DNA of 64,000 nt from assembly GCA_050248855.1 (NCBI GenBank), contig JBFWRP010000023.1, positions 1 to 64,000 on the forward strand, given 5' to 3'. Source of the DNA: Planctomycetota bacterium (GTDB lineage Bacteria > Planctomycetota > PLA2 > JAEUHO01). Shown here piece after piece: positions 55,847 to 64,000 of this stretch. The notes under the pieces are model-generated. The model was not told the DNA's origin. It ran no database searches and saw only the letters and a program-made list of their open reading frames with translations. Every line of letters begins with the position of its first letter. Within the stretch, counting starts at the first letter, position 1. Both the position numbers and the translations under genes were made by a program.

Positions 55847-56941
55847 TCAGGTCATCCGGTCGAACAGGTCGGCGGCGGCCCGCGCCGCACCGTCCGGGGG
55901 GCGGCGCCGCTCGCGGGGCTGCCCCGTCGCCGCACGCAGCGGCTCCAGCACGTGGCGGACGAAGGCCGCGGCGTCCAGGTGCTCCTGCTCCACCACCACC
56001 GCTTGGCCGGCCTCGACCAGCGCTTGCGCGTTCCTGTGTTGCTGTCGGTCACGGTGATGGGGGTAGGGCACGAGGACCGCCGGCAGCCGCCACGCGGAAA
56101 GCTCCGCGCACGTACCTGCACCGGCCCTCCCCACCACCAGATCGGCCAGCGCGTAGGCCTGGCCCATCTTCGCCAGGAACGGCGTGACGTGATGGGCGAG
56201 CCCGAGCGACGTGTAGGCGTCGCGTGCCTCGGCCTCGCCCGCCGTGCCCGTCGCGTGCAGCACCTGGATGCGCCCGGCGAGCGACGGGTCGGCGTCGAGC
56301 GCAGCACGAAGCCCCCCGAGCACCCAGCGGTTGACGGCCGTCGCCCCCTGGCTGCCCCCCGTCACCAACAAGGTGGCACGGTCCGCGGCCAGACCGAACA
56401 CCGAGGCGTCGCGCGGCGCGTCGAGCACGTCCCGGCGCAGCAGCGCACCCACGACGAGAGCGCGCGGCCCCAGTCGCGTCGCCGCCTCCGGCGCGGCCAC
56501 CCAGAAGCGGTCGGCGCGGCGACGGAACCGCCGGACCACGAGGCCCGGCACCGCGTCGGGCACGACGAAGCCGTAGGGGATCCGTAGCCGCCGCGCCGCA
56601 AGGACCACCGGCACGCACGGCCAGCCCCCCAGCGCCACGACGTAGCGCGCCCCGCATGCGCGGACGACGTCGCGCGCCACGCGCGCATGGCGGCGGAGCC
56701 GCAGCAGGAACCCCGGCAGGTGCCAGGGGCGGCGCGGCAGGCGCTCCGCAGGGACGGTCAAGGGCGCGGGCCGCCCCTCGAACCAGCGCGCCTCCTGCTC
56801 CTCGCCGGGCGTGCTGAACAGGCAACGGACCCCGCGTGCCTCCAGCGCCTCGGCCAGCGCGAACCCGGGCGCCAGGTGGCCGACCGTCCCGCCGCCGGCC
56901 AGCAGGACGACGGGCGTACCGGTCGGCCGGGGACCCGTCAT
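55847..56941 (-). CDS. murG: Lipid II GlcNAc transferase MurG
   Basis: AGGGTVGH, GGSQGA, RAGAGT..E, VPYP, QHRNA. Confidence 0.93.
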   Translation of the reverse strand: MTGPRPTGTPVVLLAGGGTVGHLAPGFALAEALEARGVRCLFSTPGEEQEARWFEGRPAPLTVPAERLPRRPWHLPGFLLRLRRHARVARDVVRACGARYVVALGGWPCVPVVLAARRLRIPYGFVVPDAVPGLVVRRFRRRADRFWVAAPEAATRLGPRALVVGALLRRDVLDAPRDASVFGLAADRATLLVTGGSQGATAVNRWVLGGLRAALDADPSLAGRIQVLHATGTAGEAEARDAYTSLGLAHHVTPFLAKMGQAYALADLVVGRAGAGTCAELSAWRLPAVLVPYPHHRDRQQHRNAQALVEAGQAVVVEQEHLDAAAFVRHVLEPLRAATGQPRERRRPPDGAARAAADLFDRMT

Positions 56942-58086
56942 CGCCGGGGTGCGTCCAACGCCAAGGTGGCGGACGCGCGGGCCACGTTGACGAGCAAGCC
57001 GACGCACGTCGCCATGACGAGCAGGTTGCTGCCGCCCACGCTGATGAACGGCATCGAAACGCCCTTCGTCGGCGCCGAGCCCGTCACGACGGCGAGGTTC
57101 ACGAGGGCCTGGAACGTGATGAGGAACGTGGCGCCCGCAGCCACGTAGAACGGGAACGGGTCCTGGGGGGACCACGCCCGCGCCGCCCAGGCGATTCGTC
57201 GTCCATGCACGACGAGGCCCATGAACGCGCACACGATGGCCGCACAGCCAAGGAACCCGAGCTCCTCGCCGATGATCGAGAAGATGAAGTCGGTGTGGGC
57301 CTCGGCCACGTAGTGCAGCTTCTGCATGCCGCGACCCAGACCGACGCCGAGGAAGCCACCGGCCCCGATGGCCACGAGCGCCTCGCGCACCTGACCGCTG
57401 GGCTCGCCCGTGAAGGCGGCCAGACGCCGCTTGACGTGGGCGAAGTGCGTGAACGCGTAGAGGAGGATCGCCGGCAGCGAGACCAACACGTAGGGCAGGA
57501 CACGCCCGGGGCGTACGCCCGCAAGGCCGAGCAGCACGACGATCTCGGCCACCAGGAACAGCGTCATGCCCAGGTCGGGGGCCAGGAACACGAGCACGAG
57601 CGCCAAGCTGACGGGCAGCAACACGGGAAGCAGCGGCAGGCGCATGCCGAAGCTCGAGTCGGGCTCGCGCTTGGCCAGGCGGTCGGCCAGGAAGAGCAGC
57701 ACGGCGATCTTGGCGAGCTCGCTCGGTTGCACGGAGAGCGTGCCGAAGCGCAGCCAGCGTCGGGCCCCCTTGATCGCCGGGGCGAAGCCCAGGGTCAGGG
57801 CCAGCAGCACGAGGACGACGACGAGCAGCGGTCCGGCGCTCCTGCGCAGCGTGGCCAGCGGCGTGCGCGCGATGATCCACGCCACGCCGATGCCCAGCAG
57901 CACCCACAGGGCCTGGCGCACCAATCCGTAGGCCATGTCCTCGCCGAGCGCGGCGCGTTGGGCGCTGCTCGTGCTGTAGACCATGACCAGCCCGAACGAC
58001 GTCAGGCCCACCGCCAGCAGCACGACGATGTTGGCGGCCTGCTGGATCGCCTGGGCGCCGTGCGGGAGGTGGGGCCGGGTCGCCAT
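56938..58086 (-). CDS. ftsW: SEDS family protein FtsW/RodA
   Basis: GLVMVYSTS, GARRW, QPSELAK, PDLG, GVGLGRG, EAHTDFIFSIIGEELG, PTKGVSMPFISVGGS. Confidence 0.93.
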   Translation of the reverse strand: MATRPHLPHGAQAIQQAANIVVLLAVGLTSFGLVMVYSTSSAQRAALGEDMAYGLVRQALWVLLGIGVAWIIARTPLATLRRSAGPLLVVVLVLLALTLGFAPAIKGARRWLRFGTLSVQPSELAKIAVLLFLADRLAKREPDSSFGMRLPLLPVLLPVSLALVLVFLAPDLGMTLFLVAEIVVLLGLAGVRPGRVLPYVLVSLPAILLYAFTHFAHVKRRLAAFTGEPSGQVREALVAIGAGGFLGVGLGRGMQKLHYVAEAHTDFIFSIIGEELGFLGCAAIVCAFMGLVVHGRRIAWAARAWSPQDPFPFYVAAGATFLITFQALVNLAVVTGSAPTKGVSMPFISVGGSNLLVMATCVGLLVNVARASATLALDAPRR

Positions 58087-58087
58087 C

Positions 58088-59521
58088 TCAGCGCACCTTC
58101 AGCGAGACGAGCGCGGCCACCGCACAGATCACCGAGACGATCCAGAAGCGCACGACGACCTTGTTCTCGTGCCAGCCGCCCTTCTGGAAGTGGTGATGGA
58201 TCGGGGCGCAGCGGAACCAGCGCTTGCCCGTGGGGTCGACTTCGCCGCGTCGCCGCGCGGCTCGTCGCGTGCCCTTGAACCACGCGCGCTGCCACATCAC
58301 GGACAGGGCCTCGCCGACGAACAGGCCCCCTGCGATGAGCAGCGTGACCTCGTGGCGCAGGGCCACGGCGGCCACGCCGAGGAACCCGCCGATGCCCAGC
58401 GAGCCCGTGTCCCCCATGAAGACGCTCGCGGGGTAGGCGTTGAACCACAGGAAGCCGAGCGCGCCGCCGCCCAGGGCGGCCAGGAGCACGGCGACCTCGC
58501 CCCCCTCGGGCACGTGGAACAGGTAGAGCGCCTGGGCGAAGTCCGTGCGGCTCACGACGAAGGCCACGACACCGAGCGCGATCGTCGTGGTGAGCGTGGC
58601 GCCGATCGCCAGTCCATCCAGGCCATCGGTGAGGTTGACGGCGTTGGAGGCGCCCACGATCACGAGGAAGCCGAAGGGCAGGAACAGGAGGCCCAGGTCC
58701 AGGCAGAAGCCCTTGACGAGGGGGATCTGCAGATCGTGGCGGTGGGTCTCGGCAGGATCCGACCACGGTGCGGGGATCTGGATCTCGCGGCCGGGGGGTG
58801 GCAGCCACGCCAGGCGGGGGTCGTCGGGAGCCACGCTGGACGGAGCCAGTGCCAGCCACGCATCGTCCAGGCCCGCGCCGTCCACGCCGTTCTTCAGGGC
58901 CAGCTCGCGCGCCCGGCCCTCGCGGCCGAGGTACGTCGCAGCGAGCCCGTTCCAGGACTCCGAGGGCAGCACCTCGTGGCGCTGGATCCAGCGCGTGGCG
59001 TAGGGGTTGGGCTTGAGGGACGGCCCGCGCAGCCACGGCACGTTGCCCTCGCGACAGCCCACGGCGTAGAGGGTGCCGAGGGCCGCGAGGGCGATGAGCA
59101 CTTGACCCGCCAGCTTCTGCCGCTCGCTGAGCCCGGTGCCACCGCGGTGGGTCAGCTTGCGCCAGTCGTCGACCATGCCCAGCGCCCCGAAGGCGAGGAA
59201 GGCCAACAGCACGACCCACGTGACGACCACGTCGAGTCGCGCGAACAGGAACCCGGACACCCCGACGCCGACGAGCAGGATCACGCCCCCCATCGTGGGC
59301 ACGCTCGCCTTGGCCTGGCGCTCGGCATCGACCGTGGCGTCCCCCACCGCGACGAAGCCCGCGATCTTGCGGCGGCGCAGCGACTGCACGATGCCCGGCC
59401 CGACCACGGTGCTCACGAGGAAGGCGAGCATGGCGGCGAAGGCCGCACGGAACGTCACGTACTGGAACAACCCGAACCCGGCGATGCGGTCCTCCAGCGG
59501 CCCGAGCAGGTGGTACAGCAC
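58088..59521 (-). CDS. mraY: Phospho-MurNAc-pentapeptide translocase MraY with LysM-like insertion (477 aa)
   Basis: FQYVTFRA, PTMGG, DDWRKL, SNAVNLTDGLDGL, FLWFNAYPASVFMGDTGS, APIHHHF; ~100-aa extra loop. Confidence 0.95.
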   Translation of the reverse strand: MLYHLLGPLEDRIAGFGLFQYVTFRAAFAAMLAFLVSTVVGPGIVQSLRRRKIAGFVAVGDATVDAERQAKASVPTMGGVILLVGVGVSGFLFARLDVVVTWVVLLAFLAFGALGMVDDWRKLTHRGGTGLSERQKLAGQVLIALAALGTLYAVGCREGNVPWLRGPSLKPNPYATRWIQRHEVLPSESWNGLAATYLGREGRARELALKNGVDGAGLDDAWLALAPSSVAPDDPRLAWLPPPGREIQIPAPWSDPAETHRHDLQIPLVKGFCLDLGLLFLPFGFLVIVGASNAVNLTDGLDGLAIGATLTTTIALGVVAFVVSRTDFAQALYLFHVPEGGEVAVLLAALGGGALGFLWFNAYPASVFMGDTGSLGIGGFLGVAAVALRHEVTLLIAGGLFVGEALSVMWQRAWFKGTRRAARRRGEVDPTGKRWFRCAPIHHHFQKGGWHENKVVVRFWIVSVICAVAALVSLKVR

Positions 59522-59577
59522 GCGGGTGGTTCCCTCCCCTCGGTTGGCGCAGGCGCCGGGGGTCGTGGTCGTCGGCT

Positions 59578-61008
59578 CTACGGGTGGCGGGGCTCGCGGC
59601 GCGAGGCCTGCGAGACGGAGCGCACGCCGTCCAGGTCGCACGCTTCCTCGCGGACCCGATCGGCCAACCGTTCCAGCGCCATGCCCCGCGACGCCTTGAA
59701 CAGCCAGATGTCGCCGGCGGCGGGGTGGAACGCGGGCGTGTCGAGCGCATCGACCACGCTGGGGTGACACGCCACGCGGTCGGCCGGCAAGCCGCGCCCG
59801 ATGGCCTCTTCGGCCACCTGCTCGGCGTGCGGGCCGATGGCCCACAAGGCATCGACGCCCTCGTTGGCCACCTTGCGCCCCAGCTGGCGGTGCAGACGCT
59901 CGCTCTCCTCGCCCAGCTCCAGCATGTCGCCGAGCACGGCCACGCGCCGACCGCGGCAGCTGCGCAGGGCCAGCTCGCGGATGGCGGCGTCCATGCTGCC
60001 GGGGTTGGCGTTGTAGGCGTCGTTGATGAGGACGACGTCGCCCACGTCCTCGCGCGACATGCGCATCGGCGGCGCGCGGTAGCCGCGCAGCGACTCCACG
60101 ATCTCGTCGGGCTTGAGGCCCAGCCAGAGGGCCACGGAGACGGCCGCCAAGGCGTTGCCCACGTTGTGCATGCCCAGCGCCGGCACCTCGACGTGCATCT
60201 TGCCGAACAGCCAGAACTCGAAGCCCTGGTCCGTGGGCTTGGGGTCCATGCCGAAGACGGTCGCGTCTTCCCACGTGCCGTACGTGATGGTCGTGCCGTG
60301 GTCGAGCGTCTCGAGGATCTCGCGGCAGTAGTAGTTGTCGGCGTTGACGATGGCCGCCCCATCCTGGGGGAGGCCGTGCAGCAGCGCCGCCTTCTCGCGC
60401 ATGACCCCGCGGACGCTGCCGAGCCCCTCGAGGTGGGCCTCTTCGATGGTCGTGAGCACACCGACGGTCGGCCGCGCGATGTTGGTGAGGTACGCGATCT
60501 CGCCCGGTCCGCTGGTGCCGATCTCGACCACGGCAGCCCGCGTCGTGCGGTCCATGCGCAGCAGCGTGAGCGGCACGCCGATGTCGTTGTTGAACGAGGC
60601 ATGGCTCACGACCACGCCGTCGCCCAGCACCTGGCGCAGCATCTCCTTGACGGTCGTCTTGCCGCACGAGCCGGTGATGCCGATCACGGGGACGTCGAAG
60701 CGACTGCGTTGCCAGCGGGCGAGGTCGCCCAGCGCGCGCTTGGTGTCGCGCACGACGATCACGTTGCGCGGCATGCGCGACAGGTCGGCATCCCGACCGA
60801 CCAGGCTGAACGCAGCCCCGTGGAGGAACGCCTGCTCGACGAACATGTGGCCGTCGAAGCGCTTGCCGCGGATCGGCACGAACAGGGCGCCCGGCGCCAC
60901 GTCCTTGCTGTCCGTGGTCACGGCGGGGATCCAGGGGTTGCCCTCGGTCGGGCCCAGGAGCTCGCCGCCGGTGGCGCGCAGCACGTCGGAGAGTCGGATC
61001 GGTTCCAT
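59578..61008 (-). CDS. murF: UDP-MurNAc-tripeptide--D-Ala-D-Ala ligase
   Basis: GITGSCGKTTVK, SFNNDIGVPLT, HLEGLGS, INDAYNANP, LGDMLELG, KASRG. Confidence 0.96.
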   Translation of the reverse strand: MEPIRLSDVLRATGGELLGPTEGNPWIPAVTTDSKDVAPGALFVPIRGKRFDGHMFVEQAFLHGAAFSLVGRDADLSRMPRNVIVVRDTKRALGDLARWQRSRFDVPVIGITGSCGKTTVKEMLRQVLGDGVVVSHASFNNDIGVPLTLLRMDRTTRAAVVEIGTSGPGEIAYLTNIARPTVGVLTTIEEAHLEGLGSVRGVMREKAALLHGLPQDGAAIVNADNYYCREILETLDHGTTITYGTWEDATVFGMDPKPTDQGFEFWLFGKMHVEVPALGMHNVGNALAAVSVALWLGLKPDEIVESLRGYRAPPMRMSREDVGDVVLINDAYNANPGSMDAAIRELALRSCRGRRVAVLGDMLELGEESERLHRQLGRKVANEGVDALWAIGPHAEQVAEEAIGRGLPADRVACHPSVVDALDTPAFHPAAGDIWLFKASRGMALERLADRVREEACDLDGVRSVSQASRREPRHP

Positions 61009-61010
61009 GC

Positions 61011-62549
61011 CTACACCTCATCCTGCCCGGGATGGGCCCCGGGACGTCGCATCGCAGCGGCGGACGCGCGCAGGGCGAGGGCCCGGCGCGCTTCCGCCGC
61101 ATCGTCGAAGGGAATCCGGCGGGGACCGAGCACCTGGACGGTCTCGTGTCCCTTGCCGGCAAGCAGCACCGTGGCCCCCGCGGGGGCCTCGCCAATCGCG
61201 ATCTCGATGGCGGCCCGACGGTCGGGCACGACCCTCACGGCGTGGCGGGACGCGGCAGGTACGCCGGCCTCCATCTCCGCCAGGATCGCCCGCGGGTCTT
61301 CGCTGCGCGGGTTGTCCGACGTCAGCACCACGAGGTCCGCGGCGGCGCAGGCGGCCGCCGCCATGCGCGGGCGCTTGGTGCGATCGCGATCCCCGCCGCA
61401 CCCGATCACGCAGACCAGGGGCGCCGCGCCCGTGGCGCGCAGGTGCGCCAGCACCTGGCGCAGCGCGTCCTCGGTGTGCGCGTAGTCCACGAACACCGCC
61501 ACGTCCGCCGCGCCCTCGATGCGCTCGAGGCGACCGCGAACGCCACGTACGGCCGCGACGTGACGCGCTGCATCGGCCAGCCGCACGCCGAGGGCTCGGC
61601 AGATGCCGAGCGCCGCGGTGACGTTGAGGGCATTGTGGCGCCCGACGAGCAGCGTGCTCACGTCGACGACACCTTCCGAGCTGCTCAGCGAGAAGCGGCT
61701 GCCCCCTGGCCCGACGGCGAGGTCGTGCATGCGCAGGTCGGCAGTGACCGCCGTGCCGTAGGTCACGACCCGGGCAGGCGTGGCCGCGGCGAACGCGGCG
61801 CCTTGCGCGTCGTCGCTCGGGAGCAGCGCCGTGGCGTCGGCCGCGAGCTCCTCGACGAGGCGTCGCTTCGCGGCGACGTAGGCCTCGTGCGAGACGTGGT
61901 AGTCGAGGTGGTCGCTGGCGACATTCGTGAGGACGGCGACGTCGAAGGCGAGGCCCGTCGTGCGACCCTGGTCCAGCGCGTGGCTCGAGACCTCCATCAC
62001 GCACGTCGTGACCCCGGCATCCCGGGCCTCGGCGAGCAGGCGTCGAAGCGCCAGGGCGCCAGGCGTGGTCGTCTCGGTGGGCCGCGGGGGCTTCGCATCG
62101 CCCAGGTCATGGCCGATCGTGCCCAGCACCGCCGTCGGACGACCCGCGCGGCGCAGGACCTGGGTGGCGACGTGCGCCACGGTGGTCTTGCCCTTGGTGC
62201 CCGTGATCCCCACCAGACGCAGCGCGTCCTGCGGCCGACCGAACCAGGCGTCGGCCGCGCTGCGCAGGGCGGTGGGCACGTCGTCGACCAGCAGGAACGG
62301 CCCCTCGCCCTCGGGGGCTTCGTCGGCCACGACGACCACGGCTCCGCGCGAGCGCGCGTCGGCCACGAAGTCACGTCCGCGCGCACGGCTCCCGCGGCGG
62401 GCGAAGAAGACGTCGCCGCGTCCGACGTCGCGCGAGTCGTCGGCCAGGCCGCGGAGCTCGAGGCCCGCTGCGCCCGGGTCGCTCGGCGAAGCGCGAAGGA
62501 GCCGTGCCAGATCGGCCAGCGTCCTCGGACGGGAAGCGGGCGCGCTCAT
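61011..62549 (-). CDS. murE: UDP-MurNAc-dipeptide--meso-DAP ligase
   Basis: GITGTKGKTT, MEVSSHAL, DHLDYH, VDYAHT, GCGGDRD, DNPR (DAP-type motif), AGKGHE. Confidence 0.96.
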   Translation of the reverse strand: MSAPASRPRTLADLARLLRASPSDPGAAGLELRGLADDSRDVGRGDVFFARRGSRARGRDFVADARSRGAVVVVADEAPEGEGPFLLVDDVPTALRSAADAWFGRPQDALRLVGITGTKGKTTVAHVATQVLRRAGRPTAVLGTIGHDLGDAKPPRPTETTTPGALALRRLLAEARDAGVTTCVMEVSSHALDQGRTTGLAFDVAVLTNVASDHLDYHVSHEAYVAAKRRLVEELAADATALLPSDDAQGAAFAAATPARVVTYGTAVTADLRMHDLAVGPGGSRFSLSSSEGVVDVSTLLVGRHNALNVTAALGICRALGVRLADAARHVAAVRGVRGRLERIEGAADVAVFVDYAHTEDALRQVLAHLRATGAAPLVCVIGCGGDRDRTKRPRMAAAACAAADLVVLTSDNPRSEDPRAILAEMEAGVPAASRHAVRVVPDRRAAIEIAIGEAPAGATVLLAGKGHETVQVLGPRRIPFDDAAEARRALALRASAAAMRRPGAHPGQDEV

Positions 62550-64000
62550 CGCACCTCCTCCCCGCCGACCCAGTCGGGCGGCGTCGCGACCGCGCGGTCG
62601 CCGCGCACGCCCCAGTAGCGCATCGTGGCCTCGAGGACCGCACGCACGGCGGGGCCGGCGACCGAGCCGCCGTACACCTCGTCGTCCTTCAGCTGGCGCG
62701 CGAGCACGAGGACGAGCACTTGCGGGTCGTAGGCCGGGGCATAGGCGACGAACGTACAGAGGTTCGTGTCGACCTTGTCGCCCACGATCAGCCCGCGCAA
62801 CCGGGCCACGCGCTCGTCGACGGTCTGCACCGACTGCGAGGTGGCCGTCTTGCCCGCGGCGGTCCACGCACAGCCCTCGAAGGCGCGACGCGCCGTGCCC
62901 TCCTCGACGCAGGCGAGCAGTCCCTCGCGTACGACGCCGAGCCACTTCGTGTCCATCACCTGCGGCCCCAGGCACGGCGCGGCACCCGGCTCGCGCACGA
63001 GGCGCGGCCGCACGATGCGTGCGTCCGGGCGTGCGAACGCCGCGAAGGCGCTCGCGATCTGCAGGGGCGTCACGGCGAAGCCCTGGCCGAAGCCCGCGCG
63101 ATGCGTGTCGACCCACGTCAAGCCGCGGTCGTCGGCCGGACGGGAGTAGCCCTTCTCGTAGGGAAGCCCACTGCCCGTCCCGGCGCGAAGGCGCGGCTTC
63201 TGGCCGGGGGCCGTGACCTGGTACTCGTACGGGAAGATGTGCTCGAGCCACACGCCCATGCGCTCGGGTCCGAGCAAGTGGGCGAGCCAGGCCGACCCCG
63301 TGTTGCTGCTGTGGGACAGCAGATCGACGAGCGATCCGTCGCCGACGTAGTGGTCGTCGTTCACCGGGTGCGGGTCGTGCTCGAGCGCGACGCGCTTGGG
63401 CATGGGAATCGTGTCGTAGGGGTCCACCACGCCTTCGCTGAGCGCGAAGCCGACCGTGAACGGCTTGAAGCAGCTGCCCGGCTCGTAGAGCCCCTGCGTC
63501 ACGCGGTTGAGGGTCGGCGCCTCGACGTTCGGGTCGAACGTCGGCCGGCTGGTCATGGCCAGGACCTCGCCGCTCCGGACGTCGAGCACGACGCCGGCGG
63601 CTTCCAGGCTCTGGTGCTCGGCCCCCATGCGGTCGACGGCCTGTTCCAGATGGTGCTGGATCACGAGGTCGATCGTGAGATGGGCGTCCCCGCCGCGATG
63701 TCCGTCCGGGTCCACCGTGTCGGCGCGTGCCATGCGCGTGCCGCGGCCGTCGCGCAGCGTGGTGGCGCACAGCTCGGTGCCGCGCAGACGCGCGTCGAGC
63801 GCACCCTCCATGCCCTCGCCCGGGACGCCGTCCGACGGCGCACGGCCGAGCACGTGGGCCGCCTGCGAGCGGTTCGGGTACCAACGCCCCTCGACGGGCT
63901 CGACGAGCAGGCCGTACGTGTGGCCGCGAACCCGTTCCCGCACGGTGCGGCCGGCCTCTTCCCAGAGCCGCTCGACGGTCGTCGCATCCTCGATCACGCC
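62546..64000 (-). CDS. ftsI: Class B penicillin-binding protein (FtsI-like), 5'-truncated by the window edge
   Basis: LTIDLVIQ, YEPGSCFKP (SxxK), SSN (SxN), GFGQG..VTPLQ, GKTAT. Confidence 0.88.
   Translation of the reverse strand, partial: GVIEDATTVERLWEEAGRTVRERVRGHTYGLLVEPVEGRWYPNRSQAAHVLGRAPSDGVPGEGMEGALDARLRGTELCATTLRDGRGTRMARADTVDPDGHRGGDAHLTIDLVIQHHLEQAVDRMGAEHQSLEAAGVVLDVRSGEVLAMTSRPTFDPNVEAPTLNRVTQGLYEPGSCFKPFTVGFALSEGVVDPYDTIPMPKRVALEHDPHPVNDDHYVGDGSLVDLLSHSSNTGSAWLAHLLGPERMGVWLEHIFPYEYQVTAPGQKPRLRAGTGSGLPYEKGYSRPADDRGLTWVDTHRAGFGQGFAVTPLQIASAFAAFARPDARIVRPRLVREPGAAPCLGPQVMDTKWLGVVREGLLACVEEGTARRAFEGCAWTAAGKTATSQSVQTVDERVARLRGLIVGDKVDTNLCTFVAYAPAYDPQVLVLVLARQLKDDEVYGGSVAGPAVRAVLEATMRYWGVRGDRAVATPPDWVGGEEVR

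Overview
GC-rich bacterial chromosomal segment, mostly housekeeping. A Planctomycetota-like origin is inferred from gene content: a dcw cluster with no ftsA/ftsZ after ftsQ, a membrane-anchored HTH protein, and a pilB-pilT-pilB-pilC block. About 46 credible CDS: metF, crcB, smc, nrdR, yidC, radC, a histidine kinase, acyl-CoA dehydrogenase, a GNAT/acyl-CoA ligase, type IV pilus motor genes, ppdK, MoxR, YebC, rplM-rpsI and a dcw cluster (ftsI-murE-murF-mraY-ftsW-murG-murC-murB-tauE-ftsQ). No rRNA, tRNA, CRISPR array or transposase gene was seen. Four things stand out. (1) An nrdR - NrdD-like - smc - membrane-protein gene string preceded by tandem NrdR-box-like sites; the class III ribonucleotide reductase homologue has two ATP cones but no cysteine and no glycyl-radical tail, so it is a candidate pseudoenzyme nucleotide sensor. 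(2) A CRISPR-free TPR-CHAT protease / sigma-70 / membrane anti-sigma module. (3) Nested, modular palindromic intergenic repeats, including a 206-bp element without terminal inverted repeats for which both filled and empty CTG^A sites are visible. (4) MraY with an inserted LysM-like domain. All product calls come from motif recognition by eye; no database search was run.
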